Part shown: positions 28,885-38,079 of the stretch, in pieces
Position numbering within the stretch: position 1 is the first letter of the stretch
Layout: every line of letters starts with the position of its first letter
DNA from: Myxococcales bacterium
GTDB taxonomy: Bacteria; Myxococcota_A; UBA9042; JABWCM01; BTVJ01
Direction of reading: 5' to 3'
NCBI GenBank assembly: GCA_045863395.1
Contig: BTVJ01000010.1
Location: 1-64,000 of the forward strand
DNA: 64,000 nt
The notes under the pieces: generated by a model
What the model was told of the DNA's origin: nothing
Seen by the model: only the letters and a program-made list of their open reading frames with translations
Databases searched by the model: none
Translations under genes and position numbers: made by a program

Positions 28885-29687
28885 CGGACGAGCTCCCGGA
28901 GCAGGGCGAGCCATGGAGGGAGGCCCTCGCCGGTCCAGGCGCTCAGCTCCAGGATCCGCGCGTCCGGGCGCACGCGGCGGATGTTGGCGATGCAGGCGTC
29001 ACGGTCCCAGCGCAGGTGGGGGATGAGATCCACCTTGGTGATCACGACAACCGGGGCGCGGTGGAAGAGGGCCGGGTACTTGAGGGGCTTGTCCTCCCCC
29101 TCGGTCACGGACAGGAGCGCCACGCGAGCCGTCTGGCCCAGGTCGAAGGCGGCGGGGCAGACCAGGTTGCCCACGTTCTCCACCAGGAGGAGGTCGAGGT
29201 GAGCGAGCGCCGGCAAGTGGCGCTCTACGTCCGTGGCGTCCAGGTGGCAGGCGCCGCCCGTCTCCACTTGGAGGACCCGGGCGCCGCGGCCCGCCAGGCG
29301 GCGCGCGTCGTTGTCCGTGCGCACGTCGCCCGCCAGTACGCCGATGCGCAGCTCGCCGGCGAGGGCGTCCAGGGTGGCCTCCAGGAGCGTGGTCTTGCCG
29401 CTGCCCGGAGACGAGATCAGGTCGATCATGCGGCAGCCCGCGGCGGCGAGGGCGGCGCGGTTCCGCGCGGCGACCGCGTCGTTGTGGGCGAGGACCGCCT
29501 CCCCCAGGGCCACGCGGCGGGCAGTCTCGGCCAGGCCGGGGACGTGGAGCGCTGGTGCATGGTGGCGGTGGTGGTGATCGTGGTGGTGACCGTGTTCGTG
29601 CTCATGGTCGTGCGCGTGGTGGTGGTCACCCACCAGAGCGCGGGTGGAGCGCTCGGCCGCCTGTCCGCACCCGCAGGTATCGCACAT
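28881..29687 (-). CDS. hypB: Hydrogenase nickel-incorporation GTPase
   Basis: MCDTCGC, His-rich tract, SSPGSGKTT, GGACHLDA, ENVGNLVCPA, EGEDKPLKYP. Confidence 0.95.
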   Translation of the reverse strand: MCDTCGCGQAAERSTRALVGDHHHAHDHEHEHGHHHDHHHRHHAPALHVPGLAETARRVALGEAVLAHNDAVAARNRAALAAAGCRMIDLISSPGSGKTTLLEATLDALAGELRIGVLAGDVRTDNDARRLAGRGARVLQVETGGACHLDATDVERHLPALAHLDLLLVENVGNLVCPAAFDLGQTARVALLSVTEGEDKPLKYPALFHRAPVVVITKVDLIPHLRWDRDACIANIRRVRPDARILELSAWTGEGLPPWLALLRELVR

Positions 29688-30028
29688 CAGCACACCTCCA
29701 TGGTGGAGATCACCAGGTCCCGGCCCCCCACCACGTCCACGTCGACGCCCCCGCACTGCGCGCACGAGAGCAACGCCTCGCGGCGCTCCGTTCGCTCACC
29801 GCAGGCCCGGCAGTCCAGCACGAGCGGGGCGTCGACGATGTCGAGGCGCGCCCCGTCGAGCGGCGTGCCGCGCGTCACCAGGGGGAAGCACAGCTCCAGC
29901 GACTCCCGGCGCGCGCAGCTCAACACGCCGAGCAGCACGCGCACCGACACCAGGCGCGTGGCGCCATGCTCGGAGAGCACCTCCCGGGCCTTGTCGGCGA
30001 TGGCCACCACCAGGGACAGCTCGTGCAT
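29687..30028 (-). CDS. hypA: Hydrogenase nickel chaperone
   Basis: MHELS and two CxxC motifs. Confidence 0.93.
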   Translation of the reverse strand: MHELSLVVAIADKAREVLSEHGATRLVSVRVLLGVLSCARRESLELCFPLVTRGTPLDGARLDIVDAPLVLDCRACGERTERREALLSCAQCGGVDVDVVGGRDLVISTMEVC

Positions 30029-31020
30029 CAGCAGATCCTCGGGAGGAGCTCTCCGGCGGGCAGGTCGATGACCCGCCGGCCACCCACCGCGGTCTCGAGC
30101 ACCACGCGGCCGGGAGTGCCCGTGACGCTCCCGATGTCTGCGGCGGCCTCGCCCTCGGGGAGCGCCCTCCAAGCGGCGAGCAGCGCGTCCGCCTGCTCGG
30201 CGGCGCAGACTGCGAGGACCCTGCCCTCGCACGCCACCTGCAGGAGGTCCACGCCGAGCAGCTCCGCCAGCGAGCGGGTCGCGGGAGCGAAGGGCAGGCG
30301 CCGCTCGTCCAGCAGCGCCCCCACCGGGCGCCCGGAGACCGCCTCGCAGAGTGCCGCCGCCAGGCCGCCGCGGGTCGGGTCGCGCAGAAACCGCAGCGCC
30401 GGCCCCAGCGGGGCGGCAGCCTCCACCAACCGGTAGACCGGCGCCGTGTCGCTGCGGGGTCCGGCGCTGAAGCCCTCCCGGGCAGCGAGGACGGCCATGC
30501 CGTGGTCACCGAGCGGACCGCTCACCAGGATGCGGTCTCCCGGGGTCAAGCGCTGCGGGCCCAGCGACAGCCCCTCGATGACCTCGCCGATGCCCGCAGT
30601 CGTGACGTACATGCCGTCGCATTGGCCCCGGGGCACCACCTTCGTGTCGCCCGTGACCACCTGGACGCCAACGGCGCGCGCAGCGCCGGCGACCGCATCC
30701 AGAACCCGTCCCAGGGTGTCGAGGGGCAGCCCCTCCTCCAGGATCAGCGCCAGCGAGAGCCACAAGGGGCGCCCGCCGGCCACCGCCACGTCGTTGACCG
30801 TGCCGTGGACCGCCAGGTGGCCGATGTTGCCCCCCGGGAACTCCAGCGGCTGCACCACGAAGCTGTCCGTGGAGAACACGAGCCCGCGCTGGGGAATCGG
30901 CAGCGTCGCAGCGTCGGGGAGGTCTTGCAGATGGGCACCGAAGCGCGGCAGGAGCTGCTCCTCGATGAGACGCCGCGACGCCAGCCCCCCACCACCGTCC
31001 GCGAGGGTGATTCGCCTCAT
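30028..31020 (-). CDS. hypE: Hydrogenase maturation carbamoyl dehydratase
   Basis: STDSFVVQPLEFPGGNIG, GTVNDVA, RDPTRGG, C-terminal LPRIC. Confidence 0.95.
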   Translation of the reverse strand: MRRITLADGGGGLASRRLIEEQLLPRFGAHLQDLPDAATLPIPQRGLVFSTDSFVVQPLEFPGGNIGHLAVHGTVNDVAVAGGRPLWLSLALILEEGLPLDTLGRVLDAVAGAARAVGVQVVTGDTKVVPRGQCDGMYVTTAGIGEVIEGLSLGPQRLTPGDRILVSGPLGDHGMAVLAAREGFSAGPRSDTAPVYRLVEAAAPLGPALRFLRDPTRGGLAAALCEAVSGRPVGALLDERRLPFAPATRSLAELLGVDLLQVACEGRVLAVCAAEQADALLAAWRALPEGEAAADIGSVTGTPGRVVLETAVGGRRVIDLPAGELLPRIC

Positions 31021-32102
31021 GCCGCCCTCCCCTTCCACGCCGCGGCGCAGCTCCCCTCCGAGCTGACCATGCACGGCCCGTAGGGCTGGTCCGGGGTGCA
31101 CGGCCCGCCGAAGAGGGCGCAGCCTCGTGGCTCGATGAGGCCCTTGAGCACGTCGCCGCAGCGGCACGCCGGGTTCGTGCGCCCTGGAGTGACCGGGCGG
31201 TCGAAGCGCACGGCGGCGTCCAGGTGCTCGTAGCCCTCGGCCAGCGCGAGGCCGCTGCCGGGCAGCACGCCGAGGCCCCGCCACCAGGCGTCCACCGGGT
31301 GCAGCACCTCTGCCATCAGGCGCCGCGCCGCCTGGTTGCCGTCGGGGCGCACCACCCGTGCGTACTGGTTCTCGACGCGCGCATCACCCGCGACGAGCTG
31401 CTCCAGCAGGCCTCGCACCCCGAGGAGGATGTCCAGCGGCTCGAAGCCGGCCACCACGCAGGGGCGCCCGTAGTCCCGTGCGTAGGGCTCATAGGCGGCG
31501 GCGCCGATGATGGCGCTGACGTGGGCAGGGCACAGGAAGCCGTCGATGGCGAGGGCCGGGTCGGCCACGAGCGCGTCCAGGGCCGGAGGCACCGCCTTGA
31601 GGGCGGTCAGCAGCATCAGGTTGGGCAGGCGCTGGGCGCTCCTGGCCACAGCCGCGAGCGGGGCCGCGGTGGTCTCGAAGCCGATGGCGAGCATCACCCA
31701 GGGGGTCTGCGGCTCGGCGACGGCGCGCTCCAGCGCCTGCGCGGGGGTGTAGCACACCTCGACGCGCGCCCCACCGGCCCTCGCCTTGGCCAGCGTCGTG
31801 CGGCTGCCCGGCACCCGCATCAGGTCGCCGAAGGTCATGAGCGCCGCGCCGCGTGAAGCGAGATCGACGGCCGCGTCCACGTACCCCGGGTCCGTCACGC
31901 ACACGGGGCAGCCCGGGCCGCTGACCAGGCGGACCTCCGGGGGGAGCAGGTCCCGCAGGCCGTGGCGCGCGATGGCCATGGTGTGGCTCCCGCAGACCTC
32001 CATGAGGCGCACGGGGCGGGGCAAGCGCTGCGCGAGGGCGGCGATGTCGCGCGCCAGCCAGGAGGCGACGGGGCGCCGGAGATCGTCGAGCACGGCGCTC
32101 AT
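31017..32102 (-). CDS. hypD: Hydrogenase formation protein
   Basis: MEVCGSH, GPGCPVCV, GFETT, CMVSSEGSC. Confidence 0.95.
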   Translation of the reverse strand: MSAVLDDLRRPVASWLARDIAALAQRLPRPVRLMEVCGSHTMAIARHGLRDLLPPEVRLVSGPGCPVCVTDPGYVDAAVDLASRGAALMTFGDLMRVPGSRTTLAKARAGGARVEVCYTPAQALERAVAEPQTPWVMLAIGFETTAAPLAAVARSAQRLPNLMLLTALKAVPPALDALVADPALAIDGFLCPAHVSAIIGAAAYEPYARDYGRPCVVAGFEPLDILLGVRGLLEQLVAGDARVENQYARVVRPDGNQAARRLMAEVLHPVDAWWRGLGVLPGSGLALAEGYEHLDAAVRFDRPVTPGRTNPACRCGDVLKGLIEPRGCALFGGPCTPDQPYGPCMVSSEGSCAAAWKGRAA

Positions 32103-32359
32103 CGCTCCCCCAGCAGGCGCACGGGCACACCGGACTCCGCCTCCCAGCGGGCGGCGAGATCGGCGAACAGGCGCAGGCGGGCCGCCGCCTCCTCGGGATC
32201 GAGCCGCTCGATGGCGTAGCCGGCGTGGACGATGAGCACATCCCCCACCGCTGGGGCCTCGATCAGGTCGAGGTGGACCGAGCGTCGGACGCCCTCGAGC
32301 TCGACGACGCCGACGTCTCCATCGATCGACACCAGCGTCATGGGGACTGCGAGGCACAT
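32099..32359 (-). CDS. hypC: Hydrogenase assembly chaperone
   Basis: MCLAVP and VHAGYAI. Confidence 0.95.
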   Translation of the reverse strand: MCLAVPMTLVSIDGDVGVVELEGVRRSVHLDLIEAPAVGDVLIVHAGYAIERLDPEEAAARLRLFADLAARWEAESGVPVRLLGER

Positions 32360-35199
32360 CAGGGACACCTCCCGGCGATGACCGCCTGCCCGAGCGAGAT
32401 GCCGCCGTCGTTGGGCGGCACGAGGGCGTGCTCCAGCACCGTGAAGCCCGCCGCCGCGAGGCCCTCGCGCACGAGCTGCGCGAGCAGCCGGTTCTGGAAC
32501 ACTCCGCCCGTGAGCGCCGCGGGCAGCGGGCCCGTGCGCGCCATTCCCCGGCGAACCAGCTCCACCGCCGCCCCGGCGAGGGCACCGTGGAGGCCGAGGG
32601 CGGCTGCCCCGCGGGCCCCTGGCTCCGCGCTGAGCAGCCCCCGGAGCACCGGGCGCCAGTCCACGACCAGGAGGTCACCGTCGCACACCGGTGCGCACAG
32701 GGGCATCGCGGGGCCCCGACACTGCCGCGCCGCGGCCTCCAGCCGGACCGCCGCCTGCCCCTCCCAGGTCAGCGGCTCGGGAGCAAGGCCCAGGGCCGCC
32801 GCCGCGGCATCGAAGAGGCGCCCGACGGCGTGGCTCGCCGGGGCGTTGACGCCTCCACGACACTGCGCGGTCCACGCGTCGAAGGCGCCCGGAGCCACGG
32901 GGAGCCACGCGGGCGCAGGGTCTCCCAGCACGAACAGGCGCCCCACGAGCTGGCGGAGCGGCTCCCTCACGGCGGCGTCTCCACCCGGCAGCGGTGCCGG
33001 CGCGAAGGTGCCGAGGCGGCGCGCTCCCGCTGGGCTCACATGGAGCAGCTCACCACCCCACAGCGCGCCGTCGACGCCCAGGCCCACGCCGTCCCACGTC
33101 AGCGCGAGGGCCTCTGGGACGCCGTGCTCCGCCATGCAGGCGGCCGCGTGGGCGTGGTGGTGCTGCACGCGCTCCACGGGCACGCCCAGCTCCGCCGCGA
33201 GGCGCTCCCCGAGGCGGGTCGCCCCGAGGTCCGGGTGCAGGTCCACGGCGACGACGTCCGGCCGGCGACCCAACCGCTCCGGGAGCGCCCGGGCCAGCGC
33301 CTCGCAGGCGTCCAGGGTGGCCGGGTCGTCCACGTCACCGATGTGCGGTGAGAGCACGATCTGGTCGTCGAATCCGAGTGCAACGGTGTTCTTCAGCCCG
33401 GCGCCGAGGGCGAGTACGCACCGGTCGAGCGGCCTCCGCAGGCTGAGCGGCCCCGGAGCGTGGCCCCGGGCCCGGCGCAGGACCTGGGGCCCCCCGCTCT
33501 GCACCTGGACCACCGAGTCGTCGCAGCGCCATGCGATGTCCCGGTCGTGGGTGAGCAGCAGGTCCGCGAAGCCGAGGCGCTCCAGGGCCTCGCCGTCGTC
33601 CATGCAGAGCGGCTCGCCGCGTCGGTTCCCGCTCGTGACCACCAGCCAGTCGAAGGGCGGGGTCGGGTCGCCGGGCAGCGGCGTGAGCAGCAGGTCGTGG
33701 AGCGGAGTCGTGGGCAGCATCACGCCGAGGGTGCGCGTGTCGGGGCTGAGGTCACCGAGCGGCAGCCCACCCGCCCCCTCGCGCACGTCCAGCAGCACGA
33801 TGGGGGCCGCGGGCCCTGCCAGGGCGGTGCGCGCGGCGTCCGGCACCAGGCAGGAGCGCTCTACGGCGCCCAGGGACGCGGCCATCACCGCCAGCGGCTT
33901 GTGGGGGCGGGCCTTGAGGCGACGCAGGCGCTCGATGGACTCCGGGCGCCGCGCGTCCACGAGGAGCTGGAAGCCCCCGAGGCCGCGAAGGGCCACGACG
34001 CCGCCCCCGGCCAGCGCCGCCCGGGCGAGCCGAAGCGGGTCCCCGCCCAGGGGAGCGCCGTCTGTCCGCAGCGCCGCGAGCCGCGGACCGCACGCCGGGC
34101 AGGCGATGCTCTCGGCGTGGTGGCGCCGGTCGCCCGGGTCCTCGTACTCCGCCCGACACGCGGCGCACAACGGAAAGCGCGCGAGCGTGGTGCGTTCGCG
34201 GTCGTAGGGGGTGCGCTCCACCACCGTGTAGCGGGGCCCGCAGGCCGTGCAGGTGGTGAACGGGTAGCCGTACCGGCGGTCGGCAGGGTCTCTCACCTCC
34301 GCGAGGCAGGCGGGGCAGACCGCCAGGTCTGGTGGCACCACCACCGCGGGGGGCTCACCGTCGTCGCTCGGGAGGATGCGAAACGTGTCCACCTGCCCCA
34401 CCGGCTCCTCGGCGACCACCACCACCGCGTCCAGGCGCGCGTGGGGTGGCAGGCGGTCCGGCAGCGCCTCCACGAAGCCACCTACGGTGGAGCGTGGCCC
34501 CTCGACTCGCAGCAGCAATGAGCCCACCCGGTTCTGTGCCCACCCGCCGAGCCCCGCGTCCCGCGCCAGGCGCGCCACGGTCGGGCGCATGCCAACCCCC
34601 TGGACCAGGCCCCGCAGCACCACCGTGACCCCCACCAAGCCACCGCTCGGGCCCACCGGCCCCACGAGGCCAGCGCTCGACCCCACCGGCCCCAAGAGGC
34701 CAGCGCTCGACGCCACCGCCCCTACCGCGTCCGCCGCGGCGGGTCCCCACCCCACTCCCACCGCGTCCCGCAGCGCCCGCTCCAGCCCGTCCAGAGCGCC
34801 CTCGAGCCCCTCGCTCAGCTCTCGACGCCCGGGCCCCACGTCGAAGGGCTGGACCCCGAACACCCTCACCTCCCGCTCGCACCCCAGCGCCCGGGCGAGC
34901 CGAAGGGCATCCGCCAAGCCAAACCCGTGGGTGGAGACGGTGTCCCGGTGGTCGCGCGCCACCCCTTCGCCGAGCAGGCGCCAGGAGCCCGGCGGCAGCC
35001 CCATGTCGGCGCAGTCGACGAGCACCACCGGCCCTGCGCCCTCCAGCAGCGCGCCGGCCACGTCCAGGGCGTCCCGGTCCTCCCAGAGCGCGACGTCCAC
35101 CCCCGCGTCCCCTCGCAGCCGCTCGGCCAGCACGAGCCCCACCGCGTCATCACCGCACGCCCGGCTCCCCACCGCCGCGACCAGGACGCGGGCGCTCAC
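32359..35199 (-). CDS. hypF: Hydrogenase maturation protease (HycI/HybD family) fused to carbamoyltransferase HypF
   Basis: One open frame of 946 aa: VGSRACGDDAVG...VDCAD...STHGFGL, a repeat linker, then GLVQGVGMRP, CPAC/CTACGPR/CAAC/CPACGP Zn fingers, QHHHAH, PPNDGGISLGQ. Confidence 0.9.
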   Translation of the reverse strand: MSARVLVAAVGSRACGDDAVGLVLAERLRGDAGVDVALWEDRDALDVAGALLEGAGPVVLVDCADMGLPPGSWRLLGEGVARDHRDTVSTHGFGLADALRLARALGCEREVRVFGVQPFDVGPGRRELSEGLEGALDGLERALRDAVGVGWGPAAADAVGAVASSAGLLGPVGSSAGLVGPVGPSGGLVGVTVVLRGLVQGVGMRPTVARLARDAGLGGWAQNRVGSLLLRVEGPRSTVGGFVEALPDRLPPHARLDAVVVVAEEPVGQVDTFRILPSDDGEPPAVVVPPDLAVCPACLAEVRDPADRRYGYPFTTCTACGPRYTVVERTPYDRERTTLARFPLCAACRAEYEDPGDRRHHAESIACPACGPRLAALRTDGAPLGGDPLRLARAALAGGGVVALRGLGGFQLLVDARRPESIERLRRLKARPHKPLAVMAASLGAVERSCLVPDAARTALAGPAAPIVLLDVREGAGGLPLGDLSPDTRTLGVMLPTTPLHDLLLTPLPGDPTPPFDWLVVTSGNRRGEPLCMDDGEALERLGFADLLLTHDRDIAWRCDDSVVQVQSGGPQVLRRARGHAPGPLSLRRPLDRCVLALGAGLKNTVALGFDDQIVLSPHIGDVDDPATLDACEALARALPERLGRRPDVVAVDLHPDLGATRLGERLAAELGVPVERVQHHHAHAAACMAEHGVPEALALTWDGVGLGVDGALWGGELLHVSPAGARRLGTFAPAPLPGGDAAVREPLRQLVGRLFVLGDPAPAWLPVAPGAFDAWTAQCRGGVNAPASHAVGRLFDAAAAALGLAPEPLTWEGQAAVRLEAAARQCRGPAMPLCAPVCDGDLLVVDWRPVLRGLLSAEPGARGAAALGLHGALAGAAVELVRRGMARTGPLPAALTGGVFQNRLLAQLVREGLAAAGFTVLEHALVPPNDGGISLGQAVIAGRCP
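34630..34719 (-). repeat. 3 x 30-bp tandem repeat encoding the protease-HypF linker
   Basis: cccc(a)...gcca(g/c)cgctcg...ccaccg units encode SSAGLLGPVG / SSAGLVGPVG / PSGGLVG. Confidence 0.85.
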
Positions 35200-36491
35200 T
35201 CGCTGAACTCCACGTCCAGCATGTGGACCGAGCAGGAGATGCAGGGGTCGTAGGCCCGCAGCAGCATCTCCATGTGCAGCGTCAGCGCGTCGCGGCTCAG
35301 GTCCCGCAGCATGGCCGGCGCGAAGGCCCGCATGTCCGCCTCGATGTTGGCCACGTTCTGGCTGGTGGGGATGACCGCGTTGGCGGCGACGCAGCGGCCG
35401 TCGTCGCCGAACGTGTAGTCGTGGAAGAGGACACCCCGCGGCACCTCCGTCGCCCCCACCCCGCGGCCGCCCCCTGGCCGGAACGACAGGTCCTCCACCC
35501 GGAGCCCCCCCAGCGCCTGGTCGAGCAGGGCCAGCGCCTCGTGGGCGCAGTGGACGATCTCCACCACCTGGGCCAGGTTGTTGGCGTAGGGGTTGTGGCA
35601 CGGGGGCTCCACGCCCAGCTCCCGTGCCACCTCCTGCGCCGCCGGGTGGAGGTCCTCGAAGCTGTTGTTCAGGCGCGCCAGCGCGCCCACCGCGTAGGAG
35701 TCCCGGTGCCACCGCGACCACTTGGTGGTGGAGTGGGGCACGACGTGCTCGTTGCAGACGGCCTCGTACTCCGCCACCGGCACGCTCGCCCGCGTGTCGG
35801 AGCTCCAGACCTCGCCGTCGTAGAGCGCGTAACGGCCCGGCGCCTTGAGGGACACGTACTCGGTCTCCCGCTCGTAGGGGGGAAGCGGCAGGGACCGCAC
35901 CACGTCCACCGTCGCCCGCAGGTCGGGCAGCGCCTCCACCAGCCGCTCGCGGATGCCCGCCAGCGCGTCCAGGTCCGGCAGCCGCCGCCACCCGAGCAGG
36001 GTGTTGGCCATGGGGTGGAGCGTCCGCCCCCCCACCACCTGCGTGAAGTCGTTGGCCAGCTTCTTCAGGCGCAACGCCCGTCGCACCACCTCGGGGTGCG
36101 ACTTTGCGAGCGGCAGCACGCTCTGCACCCCGAGATAGTCCGGCACGGCCAGGAAGTACACGTGCAGCACGTGGCTCTGCAGGAACTGGGACAGGTTCAG
36201 GAGCTCCCGAAGCAGCACCGTCTGCGCGCTCGCCCGGAGCCCCAGCGCCGCCTCCACGGCCTTGGTCGCCGCGAGCTGGTGGCCGACGCAGCAGATGCCG
36301 CAGATGCGGCCGACGATCCAGGGGATCTCGGCCGCCTCCATGCCGCGCACGAAGCTCTCGAAGAAGCGGTGCGCCTCGACGATGCAGAGCTTCAGGTCCT
36401 CGACGGCGCCGTCCCGCACGTTGATGCGGATGCTCCCGTGCCCCTCGACCCGCGTGACGTGGTTGACCGCGATGGTGTAGGTGTCGGTCAT
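35196..36491 (-). CDS. hydA: Group 3b [NiFe]-hydrogenase large (alpha) subunit
   Basis: VTRVEGHG, L1 RICGIC, L2 DPCISCSVH, and a cleavable tail MLDVEFSE. Confidence 0.93.
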   Translation of the reverse strand: MTDTYTIAVNHVTRVEGHGSIRINVRDGAVEDLKLCIVEAHRFFESFVRGMEAAEIPWIVGRICGICCVGHQLAATKAVEAALGLRASAQTVLLRELLNLSQFLQSHVLHVYFLAVPDYLGVQSVLPLAKSHPEVVRRALRLKKLANDFTQVVGGRTLHPMANTLLGWRRLPDLDALAGIRERLVEALPDLRATVDVVRSLPLPPYERETEYVSLKAPGRYALYDGEVWSSDTRASVPVAEYEAVCNEHVVPHSTTKWSRWHRDSYAVGALARLNNSFEDLHPAAQEVARELGVEPPCHNPYANNLAQVVEIVHCAHEALALLDQALGGLRVEDLSFRPGGGRGVGATEVPRGVLFHDYTFGDDGRCVAANAVIPTSQNVANIEADMRAFAPAMLRDLSRDALTLHMEMLLRAYDPCISCSVHMLDVEFSE

Positions 36492-37267
36492 CGCTTCTCC
36501 AGGCGGCGCCGGTCCGAGGCGCAGAACAGGTCGTAGCGGCTGTCCACCTGCGCATCGCTCAGCCCCGAGGCGCACAGCAGCGCCCGGTGCGAGGCCAGGT
36601 TGGCGTCCGGAAGGAAGCCGCGGCACCCGTCGCAGCGGTAGCCCTGGGTCACGCACACGGCGTCGCAGCCGGCCCACGTGACCTGCCCGAGGCAGGTGTC
36701 TCCGCGCTCGAACACGCACAAGTTGCCGGCCCGCTTGCACTCCGTGCACACCGGCGCGCGGACCGTCCGGGGTCCGGCACCCGCGAGGATCGCGGTGACC
36801 AGCCGCAGGAACTCCGCCGGCACCACCGGGCAGCCCCGCAGCGTGAAGTCCACGGGGACGACCTCGCTCACCGGGCGGACCCGCGTGTGCGCCCAGAGCT
36901 GCCACCACTCCGGGTCGGTCTGCGCACGGTCGCGCCCCTCCTCGCCGTAGACGCGGGCGAAGTGAACGGCTGGCGCGGTCGCGTTCGCGCGGGCCTGGAC
37001 GTTGCCGATGGCGGCGCAGCCCCCGAGCGCCACCAGGATGCGGGAGCGGGAGCGGATGTCCCGCAGGCGCTCAGCGTCCTCCTCCCGGTTGACGCTCCCC
37101 TCGATGAAGGCGATGTCGTAGCGGGGCGCCCTCTCGGACAGGGCCTCGCGGAACTCCACCAGGTCGACCAGCTCCAGCAGGTCGAGGAGCGCGTCCTCGC
37201 AGTTCAGGATCGCGAGCTGGCAGCCCTCGCAGCTCGCGAAGTCGAAGAAGGCGACCTTCGGCTTCAT
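36488..37267 (-). CDS. hydD: Group 3b hydrogenase small (delta) subunit
   Basis: SCEGCQ, IEGSV, GGCA, RGCP, CTECK...CLG...C...CDGCRG. Confidence 0.92.
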   Translation of the reverse strand: MKPKVAFFDFASCEGCQLAILNCEDALLDLLELVDLVEFREALSERAPRYDIAFIEGSVNREEDAERLRDIRSRSRILVALGGCAAIGNVQARANATAPAVHFARVYGEEGRDRAQTDPEWWQLWAHTRVRPVSEVVPVDFTLRGCPVVPAEFLRLVTAILAGAGPRTVRAPVCTECKRAGNLCVFERGDTCLGQVTWAGCDAVCVTQGYRCDGCRGFLPDANLASHRALLCASGLSDAQVDSRYDLFCASDRRRLEKR

Positions 37268-38079
37268 AGCGCCTCCGGGAGTCCGGCCAGGGACGACAGC
37301 CGGAACACCGGCCCCTGCCGGCAGCAGGTCACCTCGTTGATCTGGCAGTGGCCGCACTTGCCGACCCCGCAGCGCATGCGGCGCTCCAGGTCCACGAAGA
37401 TGCGGTCGCCGCCGATGCCCCTCCGCGCGAGCGCCATCACTACGAACTTGTACATGACGGGGGGACCACACAGGGCGGCGACGGTGCGCTCCGGGTCCAG
37501 GTCCAGCCCGGGAATCGGCGCCGTCACCAGGCCGACCCGGCCCGCCCACGGCTGGTGCCGCGTCTCGTCGACGAGCCGGATCACCTCGACCCCGTCCACC
37601 TCTGCCCACGCCCGCAGATCCTCCCTGTAGAGCTCCGCGTCCGGCGTGCGGCACCCGCTGATGATGGTGATGCGCCCGAAGCGGGCCCGCTCGGCGATCA
37701 GGGCCTGGATCAATGACCGGAGCGGCACGAGGCCGAGCCCGCCGCAGACCAGCAGGACGTCCTGCCCCTCGAAGTCCGAGAGCTGGAAGCCCGAGCCGAA
37801 GGGCCCGCGCACGCCGACCGTGTCACCGGGCCCGAGCCGGTCCATGGCGCCGGTCACCGTGCCGATGCGGCGGATCACCATCTCGAGGACGTTGTCCTGC
37901 CGCGGCCCGCACGAGATGGAGATGGGCGCCTCTCCGACGCCGAGCACGGACAGCATCACGAACTGGCCAGGCCGGTGCCCGAGCGGGCGGTCGAGCTCCA
38001 CCCGGTAGAAGCGCTCGCGCTCGGTGAACCCTTCGACGGCGACGATGCGGGCCGGCCGCGGCACGTAGAGCGTGTTCAT
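37264..38079 (-). CDS. hydG: Group 3b hydrogenase gamma (FAD/NAD(P), 2Fe-2S) subunit
   Basis: PGQFVML, GEAPISI, RGPFG, GGLGLVPLR, CGPPVM, MRCGVGKCGHCQI. Confidence 0.92.
   Translation of the reverse strand: MNTLYVPRPARIVAVEGFTERERFYRVELDRPLGHRPGQFVMLSVLGVGEAPISISCGPRQDNVLEMVIRRIGTVTGAMDRLGPGDTVGVRGPFGSGFQLSDFEGQDVLLVCGGLGLVPLRSLIQALIAERARFGRITIISGCRTPDAELYREDLRAWAEVDGVEVIRLVDETRHQPWAGRVGLVTAPIPGLDLDPERTVAALCGPPVMYKFVVMALARRGIGGDRIFVDLERRMRCGVGKCGHCQINEVTCCRQGPVFRLSSLAGLPEAL

Noticed and set aside
35196..35260. Possible [NiFeSe] hydrogenase or selenocysteine readthrough
   Set aside because: The L2 motif is DPCISC with ordinary Cys codons.
35200..36555. Upstream extension of the 1398-aa HypF ORF
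   Set aside because: Off-frame overlap with the hydrogenase large subunit. The real start is GTG 35199.
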